Origin: Candidatus Hydrogenedentota bacterium
Lineage (GTDB): Bacteria > Hydrogenedentota > Hydrogenedentia > Hydrogenedentales > SLHB01
NCBI GenBank assembly: GCA_045863295.1
Contig: BTWA01000049.1
Location: 1-34,517, forward strand
DNA: 34,517 nt
Direction: 5' to 3'
Part shown: in pieces, positions 16,914 through 25,902 of the stretch
Layout of the letters: the number at the start of each line of letters is the position of its first letter
Numbering within the stretch: the first letter of the stretch is position 1
Position numbers and translations under genes: made by a program
The notes under the pieces: generated by a model
What the model was told of the DNA's origin: nothing
Databases searched by the model: none
Seen by the model: only the letters and a program-made list of their open reading frames with translations

Positions 16914-17414
16914 CTAAATGCCTTCTTCCGATCGCTCCCGTATCTCCATGACCGGCACCTGAGAAAGGGCGGTGGTCAGGATGTCCACGATGATGTCATT
17001 GTGCGTCTTGCGTTCGGCCTTGGCGGCCAGGCGAATCGCCTCGTACAAATCCGCTGGTACTTTTATGGCCATCTTCCTCGTCTCGTAAACCGGCCCTTCG
17101 GGATCGTCACCGGACGCCCCCGTTCGCGGCGCAGCCTCATCAAACAATATGCCCTGGCTGGGCGGTTCGCTGGGAAGCTGCGACACATCGACATCCGGGC
17201 AACAGATTTCGAGTATCTCGACGTTCGTCTTGCCCTGGTCGATCAATTCCCGAAGCCGGGTCCAGCCCCCCATCGACTTAAGATGCCGGGCAATGCCGGC
17301 GCCGGACATGACAAACCCGCTTTGACGAACGAACGCAACTGCGTCCTCGCCTTCGTATCCAAGGCGAACGGCTTCGACGATGCGTTCCCGTTTTGCGTCT
17401 CGATGTTTGGTCAT
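16914..17414 (-). CDS. Hypothetical protein with a C-terminal ribbon-helix-helix (CopG/Arc-like) domain
   Basis: TRKMAIKVPADLYEAIRLAAKAERKTHNDIIVDILTTAL fits the RHH beta-alpha-alpha pattern. Helical N-terminal region; acidic, proline-rich linker containing QGILF. Confidence 0.75.
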   Translation of the reverse strand: MTKHRDAKRERIVEAVRLGYEGEDAVAFVRQSGFVMSGAGIARHLKSMGGWTRLRELIDQGKTNVEILEICCPDVDVSQLPSEPPSQGILFDEAAPRTGASGDDPEGPVYETRKMAIKVPADLYEAIRLAAKAERKTHNDIIVDILTTALSQVPVMEIRERSEEGI

Positions 17415-17448
17415 GGTTTCCCGCTACCGTCCCCACATCTTTCTTGGC

Positions 17449-17477
17449 AGTATAGTAAAATATTGACAGATTTGCAA
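17449..17477 (-). promoter_or_regulatory. sigma70-type promoter for the RHH gene (TTGCAA-17-TATACT)
   Basis: Minus strand TTGCAA (17477-17472), 17-nt spacer, TATACT (17454-17449). Confidence 0.7.
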
Positions 17478-17746
17478 GATTCTTTTTCTTCGCCGTTCCA
17501 GCCTCGGCCACCACCCAAAAACCCAACCAACATCCGGCAATTGTGTAATTCCACCCAGTATGATAAGAGTGTAGACTGAATGGTGCCACCGGTCCATCCC
17601 GGCCGGGTCCATGACCGGGGGACCGGCGCGATCCCACGGAACGCGGATGCCTAGAGAGAGGAGCAAGACATCAAACGGAATGGATGAGAGACTTGTGTTC
17701 GAGTACCTTTTCACACGTTGTTTAAGTGTTAGAGGAGCAATGAATT

Positions 17747-18304
17747 ATGCGTGTTTCAATGGCTGCGCGTCACATGGAAATGACGGATGCTTTGAAGGGC
17801 CATGTAGAAAAGCGGCTCGAAAAAGTGAAAACCCACTTTGACAAGGTAATCGATGTCGACATCGTGCTGAGTGTGGAAAAACACCGGCACATCGCGGAGA
17901 TTACCCTGCACTCAAATGGGGTGCGAATCCACGGCAAGGAAGCATCGGACGACATGTATGCGTCCGTCGATCTGGTCGTGGACAAAATCGACAAGCAAAT
18001 CTTGAAATTCAAGGATCGCTCCCACAAAGTGCATTTGAGGGAAGATCGGAAAAACACGTTCATCCAGCGAGAAGTGGATGCGGCCAATGCCGTGCCGGAG
18101 CCAGTCGAAGAACCGGCGCCGCCCAAACCGGTGGTCGTGCGCGAAACGCTGAATATGAAGCCGATGAGCGTGGACGAAGCTCAACTTCAACTGAAGCTGT
18201 CGGGCGATCGGTTTCTGGCGTTTTCAAACTCCCAAACAAACCAGGTAAACGTACTGTACGTCAAGGATGACGGCACGTTGGGGCTGATAGAACCGCATTA
18301 TTGA
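17747..18304 (+). CDS. hpf: Long ribosome hibernation promoting factor (HPF/RaiA with C-terminal S30AE domain)
   Basis: ARHMEMTDALKGHVEKRLEK, DMYASVDLVVDKIDKQ and C-terminal KPMSVDEA...NVLYVKDDGTLGLIEP; GAGGAG RBS. Confidence 0.95.
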   Translation: MRVSMAARHMEMTDALKGHVEKRLEKVKTHFDKVIDVDIVLSVEKHRHIAEITLHSNGVRIHGKEASDDMYASVDLVVDKIDKQILKFKDRSHKVHLREDRKNTFIQREVDAANAVPEPVEEPAPPKPVVVRETLNMKPMSVDEAQLQLKLSGDRFLAFSNSQTNQVNVLYVKDDGTLGLIEPHY

Positions 18305-18318
18305 TCGGATCATTTTTC

Positions 18319-18368
18319 CGGAGGGGCCTTTCGTCCACTTGCGCGGCGGAAGGCCCCTCCGCTATTTT
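18319..18368 (+). terminator. Strong hairpin/terminator after hpf
   Basis: CGGAGGGGCCTT(T)CG ... CG(G)AAGGCCCCTCCG stem followed by CTATTTTG. Confidence 0.7.
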
Positions 18369-18410
18369 GCTATGGCGTTACAAGTCAGTCGAACCAAATC
18401 GGCGAGGTGC

Positions 18411-19376
18411 ATGGATACCCAATCGCTCACTATCAACCGCAAAAGCAGCATTGCCGTTGCACGGTTCCTGGACGCCATGAACGAGAGCCTGGAAATGGAA
18501 ACCCTTGGGGGCTTTCAGGGGATCGGCCGCGCACTGTACACGGCGGATATTAACCGCCCGGGTCTGGCGTTGAGCGGGTACTTGGAGTATTTCGCGAGCG
18601 ACCGCGTGCAGGTGCTGGGTAACACGGAAATTCACTACATGGAGCAGCTCTCCAACGCGATGTTACAACATCGGTTGGAGCAGATGTTCTCTTTCGAGAT
18701 TCCCGCGTTTGTGCTGTCGCGAAACCTGATGCCCAGGCCCATCTTCATGGACATGTGCAACCGCCGCGGGATTCCGGTGCTGCGGTCGAGCCGCTCCACC
18801 GACGACGTCATCAGCCGGATCATCCTGTTTCTTGCGGAGGAATTCTCTCCGGAGACGGTTGTCCATGGCACGGCGCTGGATTGCTTCGGCGTGGGCGTAT
18901 TGATTGTCGGCGCGCCGGGAATCGGTAAGAGTGAAACGGCCCTCGAACTGGTCGAGCGCGGTCACAGGCTCGTGGCGGACGACGTGGTGCAGATCAAGCG
19001 CCGGCGCGAAGCCATCTATGCTGAAGCCTCCCCCGTCATCGAACATCACATGGAAATCCGCGGCGTCGGCATCATAGACGTGAAGAGCGTATACGGCGTG
19101 GGACGGGTGCGAAATGCCAAGCGCGTTGGGCTCATTGTCGAACTGGAAGAATGGGATCCGGTCCGGCAATACGACCGGACCGGGCTGAGCGACGAACACG
19201 TCCACCTGCTGGGCACGCGTCTTCCCTATTTGTTGATACCCGTACGCCCGGGCCGGAATATCGCGATCATACTGGAAGTGGCCGCGCTCAATCACCGCCT
19301 GAAAGAACTGGGAATTCACCCGGCCCAGGAACTAAACGAAAAGCTGTTGAAACTCATGAACCGCGGCGATGGCTGA
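18411..19376 (+). CDS. hprK: HPr kinase/phosphorylase
   Basis: INRPGLALSGY, RVQVLGNTE, Walker A GAPGIGKSE, GHRLVADD, MEIRGVGIIDV and IPVRPGRN. ATG 18411 follows GAGGTG. Confidence 0.96.
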   Translation: MDTQSLTINRKSSIAVARFLDAMNESLEMETLGGFQGIGRALYTADINRPGLALSGYLEYFASDRVQVLGNTEIHYMEQLSNAMLQHRLEQMFSFEIPAFVLSRNLMPRPIFMDMCNRRGIPVLRSSRSTDDVISRIILFLAEEFSPETVVHGTALDCFGVGVLIVGAPGIGKSETALELVERGHRLVADDVVQIKRRREAIYAEASPVIEHHMEIRGVGIIDVKSVYGVGRVRNAKRVGLIVELEEWDPVRQYDRTGLSDEHVHLLGTRLPYLLIPVRPGRNIAIILEVAALNHRLKELGIHPAQELNEKLLKLMNRGDG

Positions 19377-20250
19377 CTCCCACCGGCTTGTCATAGTGAC
19401 CGGGCTGTCCGGGTCCGGCAAATCGCAAGCGCTCAAGTTTCTCGAAGATCTGGGGTATTTTTGCGTCGACAATCTCCCGGTAATGCTGCTGCCCCGTTTC
19501 GCTGAGTTGATCGCGCGCAGTGAATCGGCCACCGCTCAAGTGGCGGTGTGCGTGGATGCGAGAGGTGGTGAACCCCTATTAAACCTCCCGGCCATTGTGG
19601 ACGAAACCACTGAACTGGGAATCAGGCCGGAGATTTTGTTCCTGGACAGTTCCAACGAGGTGCTGGTCCAGCGGTATAGCGAATCCCGGCGCCGTCACCC
19701 GGTGTCGCCCACGGGAAGCGTGGAGGAAGGCATTCTCGAAGAGCGTCGGTTGCTGGAGCCGATTCGCGCGCGCGCCGATTTGGTGCTGGACACGAGCCGC
19801 ACCTCGGTGGCGCAGTTGCGCGATCAGGTCGCCTCGGTATTTCACGGTGGACGCAAGTCCCAGGAATTGGTCATCAGCGTAATGTCGTTTGGTTTCAAGC
19901 ATGGCGTGCCGCCGGAAGCCGATCTGATGCTGGACGTGCGATTTCTGCCCAATCCCCACTATGTGACGGCATTGCGGCCCTGGACCGGTAATGAACCGGA
20001 AGTCCGGGCGTTTGTACTGGAGAATCCAGACGCGATCGAGTTTCTCGATCGCGTGAAGGGCTTACTGCAATTTCTGATTCCACGATATGAGGCGGAGCCG
20101 AAGTCGTATCTGACGATTGCGGTGGGCTGCACCGGAGGACAACACCGGTCGGTGGCCGTCGCGAATGAATTGGCCGGGTTTCTGAAAGATACGGGGCGGA
20201 CCGTTCGGCTTCGCCACCGGGACATTCAGAAGGGCGACCGGACCCACTGA
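19369..20250 (+). CDS. rapZ: RNase adapter RapZ / YvcJ-family P-loop NTPase
   Basis: [44 protein letters not shown] and [10 protein letters not shown]. Confidence 0.95.
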   Translation: MADSHRLVIVTGLSGSGKSQALKFLEDLGYFCVDNLPVMLLPRFAELIARSESATAQVAVCVDARGGEPLLNLPAIVDETTELGIRPEILFLDSSNEVLVQRYSESRRRHPVSPTGSVEEGILEERRLLEPIRARADLVLDTSRTSVAQLRDQVASVFHGGRKSQELVISVMSFGFKHGVPPEADLMLDVRFLPNPHYVTALRPWTGNEPEVRAFVLENPDAIEFLDRVKGLLQFLIPRYEAEPKSYLTIAVGCTGGQHRSVAVANELAGFLKDTGRTVRLRHRDIQKGDRTH

Positions 20251-20331
20251 GGCGATTTTGAAGGGTCCTGCCGGTATCTTCCGATCCCCTTTTGCCTCAA
20301 TGGGTTCAATTGATTTTCATGGCTTCCGGCT

Positions 20332-20361
20332 TTGCTTTTCTTGCGGTATATCCAGTATAGT
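20332..20361 (+). promoter_or_regulatory. Putative promoter for ptsH-ptsI-dxr-rseP (TTGCTT-18-TATAGT)
   Basis: TTGCTT 20332-20337 and TATAGT 20356-20361 in the rapZ-ptsH gap. Confidence 0.5.
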
Positions 20362-20511
20362 GTCCCGCTGGAACGCGAGTGCGATTGTCGCGCATATTCG
20401 CCTTTAACCGCGGGACGCTGCAGGCGGGCTTGGAAAGTTGGTCAACGCCGTTCGAATGGCCACATCCGCATGACCAACGAGTTGTCCCCTTACCATTTCA
20501 ACAACGGCACC

Positions 20512-20799
20512 ATGAACGATCTGAACAACAACGAATTGACCGAAGAAATCAGTATTGTAAACACGCTCGGGGTACATGCGCGTCCGGCTGCTCAGTTGGT
20601 GCAGACGGCATTGCGTTTTCAATCCGAGATTTACCTGTCGCTCAATGGCCACCGTGTGAACGGGAAGAGCATCATGGGTGTATTAACCCTTGCGGCGGCT
20701 CAGGGAAGCTTGCTTCTGGTCTCGTGCAAGGGTCCTGACGCGGACGACGCCTTGGGGGCGATTCGGGCACTCATCGAATCCGGCTTTGGGGAAGAGTAG
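20512..20799 (+). CDS. ptsH: Phosphocarrier protein HPr
   Basis: GVHARPAA (His15 motif) and NGKSIMGVL (Ser46 motif). Start is ATG 20512, or alternatively 20470. Confidence 0.93.
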   Translation: MNDLNNNELTEEISIVNTLGVHARPAAQLVQTALRFQSEIYLSLNGHRVNGKSIMGVLTLAAAQGSLLLVSCKGPDADDALGAIRALIESGFGEE

Positions 20800-22589
20800 T
20801 GGAAATCGCACTGCGTGGAATCGGCGTTTCGCCGGGAATCGCAATCGGCCCGGCCGTCACATTCGGACTGCGTTCCATAGAGGTACCCCGGTACCGCATC
20901 GACAATATCGACGCGGAAAAAGCGCGATTCGAGGAGGCCATAGCCAGCACCCGCGTTGATATACAGAAGCTATATGAATACACCGCAGAAACGCTGGGAT
21001 CGAAGCATGCCGACATCTTTCTTGCCCACCTTATGATCCTGGAAGACGTTGCCCTCCGGGACGAAGTCGAGCGCCGCCTGGAGTCGGAAAGCGTTAACGT
21101 CGAATTCATTATCGATGACACGTACCAGAAATACGTGGCCGCGATGGAGAAAATGGACGATGTGCGCCTGCGGGAGCGCGCCCGCGACTTCACGGATGTC
21201 AGCGGACGCCTACTGCGAAAACTCCTGAGCGCCAGTGTGGAAAGTCTGGAGCGTCTGGAACACCCCAGCGTCATCATCTCGCACGACTTAGCGCCGTCCG
21301 ACACAGCAAAAATGGACCGCATGAATACGCTGGGCATGGCGTCAGATATGGGTGGTCCCACGTCGCACACGGCGATTTTGGCAAGGGCATTTGAAATTCC
21401 CGCCGTGGTGGGGCTGAAGTATGTTTCGACGCATACCGTCGCGGGCGACACAGTCATCCTGGACGGGGATCGCGGCACCCTGATTCTTCGGCCCACTGAA
21501 GCGACGATTCATAAGTACAAGGCGGAGAAGCGGCGCCGCGACAAAGGCCGGAAAGCACTGCTCGAGGCCGATGACAAGCCATCCATTACGTTGGATGGAC
21601 ACGACATGCCGGTGATGGCCAACATCGAATTGCCGGTAGAGCTTGCACAAAGCATCAAGGTAAAGGCCAAGGGGATTGGCCTGTACCGGACGGAATACTT
21701 GTTTTTGAATCGTTCCTCATTGCCCAGTGAAGCTGAACAGGTCGAAGCGTACAGAGACGCGGCGGAAGCAATGAAGCCTGAACCGGTAGTGCTTCGCACG
21801 CTGGACATTGGTGGCGATAAATTTGCCGACCACCTGCATTCAGGCGACGAATCCAATCCGCAATTGGGTTGGCGATCCATACGGTTTTGCCTCGAGCGTC
21901 CCGACCTCTTTCACACGCAGTTGCGCGCCATGTTTCGAGCAAGTGTGCACGGCAACGTACAGATTATGTTTCCCCTGATCAGCGGCGTCGACGAATGGCG
22001 CCGTGTGAAGGAGACCGTGCGGGAAGTATGCGCCCAGCTTGAAAACGAGGGCGTGCCGTTTGACAAGGACACGCCGATCGGAACGATGATAGAGGTTCCT
22101 TCCGCGGTGGAAATCGCCGACATGCTGGCGAAAGAATGCGATTTCTTCAGCATCGGCACGAACGACTTGATTCAATATTCGCTGGCCGTCGATCGCGCGA
22201 ATGAACTTATTGCGCATATGTACGAACCGGCGCATCCGGCGGTGCTCCGCATGATCCGGCGCACCGTGAAGGCCGCGCATTCGAACAAGATTCCTTGCAG
22301 CGTATGCGGGGAAATGGCAGGCGATCCCCTGTTTACGGAAGTGCTTCTGGGTTTGGGCGTGACGGCGCTAAGCATGTCATCCGTATCTGTGCCGATGGTT
22401 CGTGCGGAAATCAACAGCATTCACTTCAGTCAAGCTCGAAGGCTGGCCCGGCGCGTCATTGGAATGGCCTCGTCCGAGGATATTAAGAAACTGATGCAGC
22501 GTCGATATGCGAGGCGGCGGAAGAACGACGTGACTTTGCGGGATTTGAAAATTGACGATCCGATTGGCGACGTCAACGGTACCCATTAA
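20799..22589 (+). CDS. ptsI: PEP-protein phosphotransferase (PTS Enzyme I)
   Basis: GIGVSPGIAIG, GGPTSHTAILAR (phospho-His), GLYRTEYLF, RTLDIGGDK, FSIGTNDLIQY and CGEMAG; GTG start overlaps the ptsH stop. Confidence 0.97.
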   Translation: MEIALRGIGVSPGIAIGPAVTFGLRSIEVPRYRIDNIDAEKARFEEAIASTRVDIQKLYEYTAETLGSKHADIFLAHLMILEDVALRDEVERRLESESVNVEFIIDDTYQKYVAAMEKMDDVRLRERARDFTDVSGRLLRKLLSASVESLERLEHPSVIISHDLAPSDTAKMDRMNTLGMASDMGGPTSHTAILARAFEIPAVVGLKYVSTHTVAGDTVILDGDRGTLILRPTEATIHKYKAEKRRRDKGRKALLEADDKPSITLDGHDMPVMANIELPVELAQSIKVKAKGIGLYRTEYLFLNRSSLPSEAEQVEAYRDAAEAMKPEPVVLRTLDIGGDKFADHLHSGDESNPQLGWRSIRFCLERPDLFHTQLRAMFRASVHGNVQIMFPLISGVDEWRRVKETVREVCAQLENEGVPFDKDTPIGTMIEVPSAVEIADMLAKECDFFSIGTNDLIQYSLAVDRANELIAHMYEPAHPAVLRMIRRTVKAAHSNKIPCSVCGEMAGDPLFTEVLLGLGVTALSMSSVSVPMVRAEINSIHFSQARRLARRVIGMASSEDIKKLMQRRYARRRKNDVTLRDLKIDDPIGDVNGTH

Positions 22590-23755
22590 TGCGCAAAATT
22601 CGCTTGACGATATTGGGTTCGACGGGATCGATTGGACGGAGCGCCCTGGAAGTGGTCCGGCAATATCCGGACCGGTTTGAGGTCGTTGCGTTGGCGGCGC
22701 ACTCCAATCTGGATCTCATGGCGCAACAAATCGCCGAATTCTCGCCTTCGTTTGTGGCGGTGGTGGACGAAGCCGCCGCGGACCGTCTGCATAGTCTTCC
22801 CGACGGAGTCCAATTTTTCCGTGGTATAGACGGCCTTTCGGAAATCGCCGCCATACCTTCGGATGTTGTCTTATGTGCGGTGGTTGGCGCGGTAGGACTT
22901 ACGCCGGTTTTAAAGGCAATCGACGCGGGTATCCGGGTTGCCCTGGCCAACAAGGAACCCATGGTCATGGCCGGGCCGCTCATCATGGATCGCGCACGCG
23001 AACGCGGTGTGACGGTAATGCCGGTGGACAGCGAGCATAGCGCGATTTTTCAGTGCCTGCAAGGCCATCGAATGGAAGACGTGGAATGCGTGCATTTGAC
23101 AGCTTCGGGTGGTCCTTTTTATCGAAAGACGCGCGACAGCTTGCGCGACGTGTTGCCTCAACAAGCCGTTCGGCATCCCACGTGGGACATGGGCGCCAAG
23201 ATCAGCGTGGACTCGGCAACGTTGATGAATAAGGGACTGGAGACTATAGAAGCCATGTGGCTGTTTGACCTGCCGCTCGAGAAGGTTAAGGTGGTTATCC
23301 ATCCTCAAAGCATCATTCACAGTCTGGTCGAATTCACGGACGGTCAGATGCTGGCGCATCTGGGCCCGACGGACATGAAGTTTCCGATTGTTTACGCGTT
23401 CACCTATCCAGAGCGTGTGAACCGTCCCATGAGCCGGCTGGACTTGACGACGATGAAGGAATTGACGTTTGCGGCGCCTGACTTTTCTCAATTCCCCTGC
23501 CTGGCCTACGCCCATGAGGCCGCGGCGCGTGGCGGAACCGCGCCCGCCGTTTTGAATGCCGCGAACGAGACCGCCGTTGGGGCGTTTTGCGACGGCCGCC
23601 TGCCGTTTTTGCAGATCAGCGACGTCGTTCGCGATGCTTTGGACCATTGTACGCTGTACAGCGAGATGACACTTGAGTCGGTGTTGGAAGCCGACCGGCA
23701 AGGCCGGGAAGTTGCCGGACGATACATAGAGGCGATGGGAGCCGTACATCGATGA
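22589..23755 (+). CDS. dxr: 1-deoxy-D-xylulose-5-phosphate reductoisomerase
   Basis: ILGSTGSIG, ALANKE, PVDSEHSAIFQ, LTASGGPF, HPTWDMGAKISVDSATLMNKGLE and NAANE. Confidence 0.97.
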   Translation: MRKIRLTILGSTGSIGRSALEVVRQYPDRFEVVALAAHSNLDLMAQQIAEFSPSFVAVVDEAAADRLHSLPDGVQFFRGIDGLSEIAAIPSDVVLCAVVGAVGLTPVLKAIDAGIRVALANKEPMVMAGPLIMDRARERGVTVMPVDSEHSAIFQCLQGHRMEDVECVHLTASGGPFYRKTRDSLRDVLPQQAVRHPTWDMGAKISVDSATLMNKGLETIEAMWLFDLPLEKVKVVIHPQSIIHSLVEFTDGQMLAHLGPTDMKFPIVYAFTYPERVNRPMSRLDLTTMKELTFAAPDFSQFPCLAYAHEAAARGGTAPAVLNAANETAVGAFCDGRLPFLQISDVVRDALDHCTLYSEMTLESVLEADRQGREVAGRYIEAMGAVHR

Positions 23756-25719
23756 TATTCAATATTGCTATTTTCTTGTTGGTCATAGGCCTGCTCGTGT
23801 TCTTTCACGAAATGGGTCACTTCCTTGCGGCGAAGGCCTGCGGCATATATTGTCCGCGATTCAGCCTTGGCATGCCTCCCCGTCTGTTTGGCTTCAAAAT
23901 TGGCGAAACTGATTATTGCGTGGGCCTGTTGCCCATAGGCGGGTACGTTAAGATGGCGGGTCAAGAAGATTCGCCCTTGACGGAGGAAGAACGGGAAAAA
24001 GACTTTGGCCACGTTCCGCCCGAACGGTGGTATTCGAACAAGCCGGTCTGGCAAAGAATGATAGTAATTGTGGCCGGTCCCGCCATGAACGTCGTTTTGG
24101 CCATTTTAATTTATGCCGTGGTCAACGGATTTGGCGCGTATGTGCCAGACTTCAAAACGGAAACTCGCATTGGCGCAATTTCGCCGCAGTCCCCTTCCTT
24201 GACGGCGCCCATGTACCACGTGTCGGAATGGACAGACACCGTGGACTTCACGGGTACCGCTGAAGAACATGGCTGGAAGACGGGCGATCGGATAGTGGCA
24301 ATCGACGGCAGCGAAGTAAAGACATTCAATGACGTGAGCGCGGCTTCGGTGTTGAGCGGAGGCAGCGAGTTGACCGTGCATATCGAACGCGAAGCCGCCG
24401 ACGGAACGACATTGCGATACGTGTCTCGCGTAACGCCGGAAAAGATCGAGGGTGTGGATGTTCCGGTGATTGGTATCGAGGCGTTTCATTCGGCGTACCT
24501 GGAAAATGTATTGCCGGACAGCCCAGCCGAACGCGCGGGTTTAAAAAAGGGCGACGTTGTGGATCGACTCAACGGTCAGCCCATCGACAGTCAGACTTTC
24601 GTTCAAGCGATGGAGAAGGTGGCTCCGGATTCCACGATTGACTTGGTAGTGACGCGAGACGGTCAGCAACTTGAGATGCAAGTGACCCCGGAGCGCAAGG
24701 GCCGCGTCATCAATGTGCACTTCTCGCCGCCGCCCGGTTGGTTAAGCCTTCTGCCGGTCGAGGAGCGCCCCGAAGTCCGGTATGAAAATGTTGAGTTTCT
24801 CTCGAAAGCGGGATTCCAGTTGGGCGACGTAGTCGTCGAAATCGATGGCGCCACCGCGAATTATGGGATGCTGCGCGCAATCGCGGAGTCACCTGAAAAG
24901 GAAACGGTAAATCTGTCCGTAGAGCGAAAAGGGGGCATCTTCGGTTTTGGCGCCAAGGGAACGACTGCTCTAACCGGAGTCGCCGTGTCCGACGTGTTAC
25001 AGGCGGTTACGCCATTTGATATCTTTGCGGCCCCAACCGTGGCCCAGATAGCGCCGGAAGTGGAAAAAGCAACCGGGTTGCAACGAATGGACGAGTTGTT
25101 GACCATAAATGGCGAACCGGCCAGTCTTTTGGCGCTCGAAAAGTCGCTTCAAGAAAATCGCGGCAAATCGCTGAACCTAACCGTGAAGAAACCTGCGTTG
25201 GGCGCGGGAATGATACGTTCGGAAGAGACCGCGGAGATATCGCTGCCGGTTGCGGATGTAGCCGCCGTGGAAGTGGCCTTTGGAACGAAAATGGTTTTCC
25301 ACCGGTTGCCGGCAGCGCAGGTACTGCCCGCATCACTCAGCCAAACGTGGCAAGACCTGGATCGAACCGTGCTGATCTTGCGCAAACTATTTGCCGGCGG
25401 CGTCAGTCCGCAAACGCTGGGCGGACCGCTGATGATCTACCAGGTGACCACGGCCTCGGCTGCTTCCGGCTACGTATGGCTGATGGATATCATGGCACTG
25501 ATCAGCGTGAACCTTGCCATCTTCAACTTGTTGCCACTGCCCGTGCTTGATGGCGGCCATCTGTTCTTCCTGACGGTTGAAGCAATACGGCGGAAGCCGG
25601 TAAACCGGCGGTTTATGGAATGGGTGCAGCAGGCGGGCGTGTTGCTGATTATTTTTCTAATCTTATTCGTAACGTACAACGACCTTAAGCGGTTAGTCGT
25701 CAATACGATCATGCCCTAG
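23752..25719 (+). CDS. rseP: RIP metalloprotease RseP (M50) with about four PDZ-like domains
   Basis: HEMGH zinc motif, LPIGGYVKM, AGPAMN and NLLPLPVLDGGH; four GxxxGD/D-type PDZ signatures; follows dxr. Confidence 0.93.
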   Translation: MIFNIAIFLLVIGLLVFFHEMGHFLAAKACGIYCPRFSLGMPPRLFGFKIGETDYCVGLLPIGGYVKMAGQEDSPLTEEEREKDFGHVPPERWYSNKPVWQRMIVIVAGPAMNVVLAILIYAVVNGFGAYVPDFKTETRIGAISPQSPSLTAPMYHVSEWTDTVDFTGTAEEHGWKTGDRIVAIDGSEVKTFNDVSAASVLSGGSELTVHIEREAADGTTLRYVSRVTPEKIEGVDVPVIGIEAFHSAYLENVLPDSPAERAGLKKGDVVDRLNGQPIDSQTFVQAMEKVAPDSTIDLVVTRDGQQLEMQVTPERKGRVINVHFSPPPGWLSLLPVEERPEVRYENVEFLSKAGFQLGDVVVEIDGATANYGMLRAIAESPEKETVNLSVERKGGIFGFGAKGTTALTGVAVSDVLQAVTPFDIFAAPTVAQIAPEVEKATGLQRMDELLTINGEPASLLALEKSLQENRGKSLNLTVKKPALGAGMIRSEETAEISLPVADVAAVEVAFGTKMVFHRLPAAQVLPASLSQTWQDLDRTVLILRKLFAGGVSPQTLGGPLMIYQVTTASAASGYVWLMDIMALISVNLAIFNLLPLPVLDGGHLFFLTVEAIRRKPVNRRFMEWVQQAGVLLIIFLILFVTYNDLKRLVVNTIMP

Positions 25720-25902
25720 CCTGGAATCCGGTGTCAGCGGAATGACACTGGTCGGGGCATGCAATTGGGATATGGGGGAACCGGGCAATCAAGGTCCGGG
25801 GTTTCAGCAGGCGGTTTTCGGGCCGGCCCGCCCGATCGTCATCCCGTCCGTCAGGCAGGATAAGGAAGAAGCGACGGGCAGCAGGAAGGAAGAAAAAGTA
25901 TT

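Noticed and set aside
16914..17414. Toxin-antitoxin module built on the RHH protein
   Set aside because: No adjacent co-oriented toxin ORF; the PIN protein at 11219 is the housekeeping YacL type and is unlinked.
25720..25902. Lysine riboswitch upstream of aspartate kinase
   Set aside because: Only a simple CCGGTGTCA/TGACACTGG hairpin is present; conserved L-box elements were not found.
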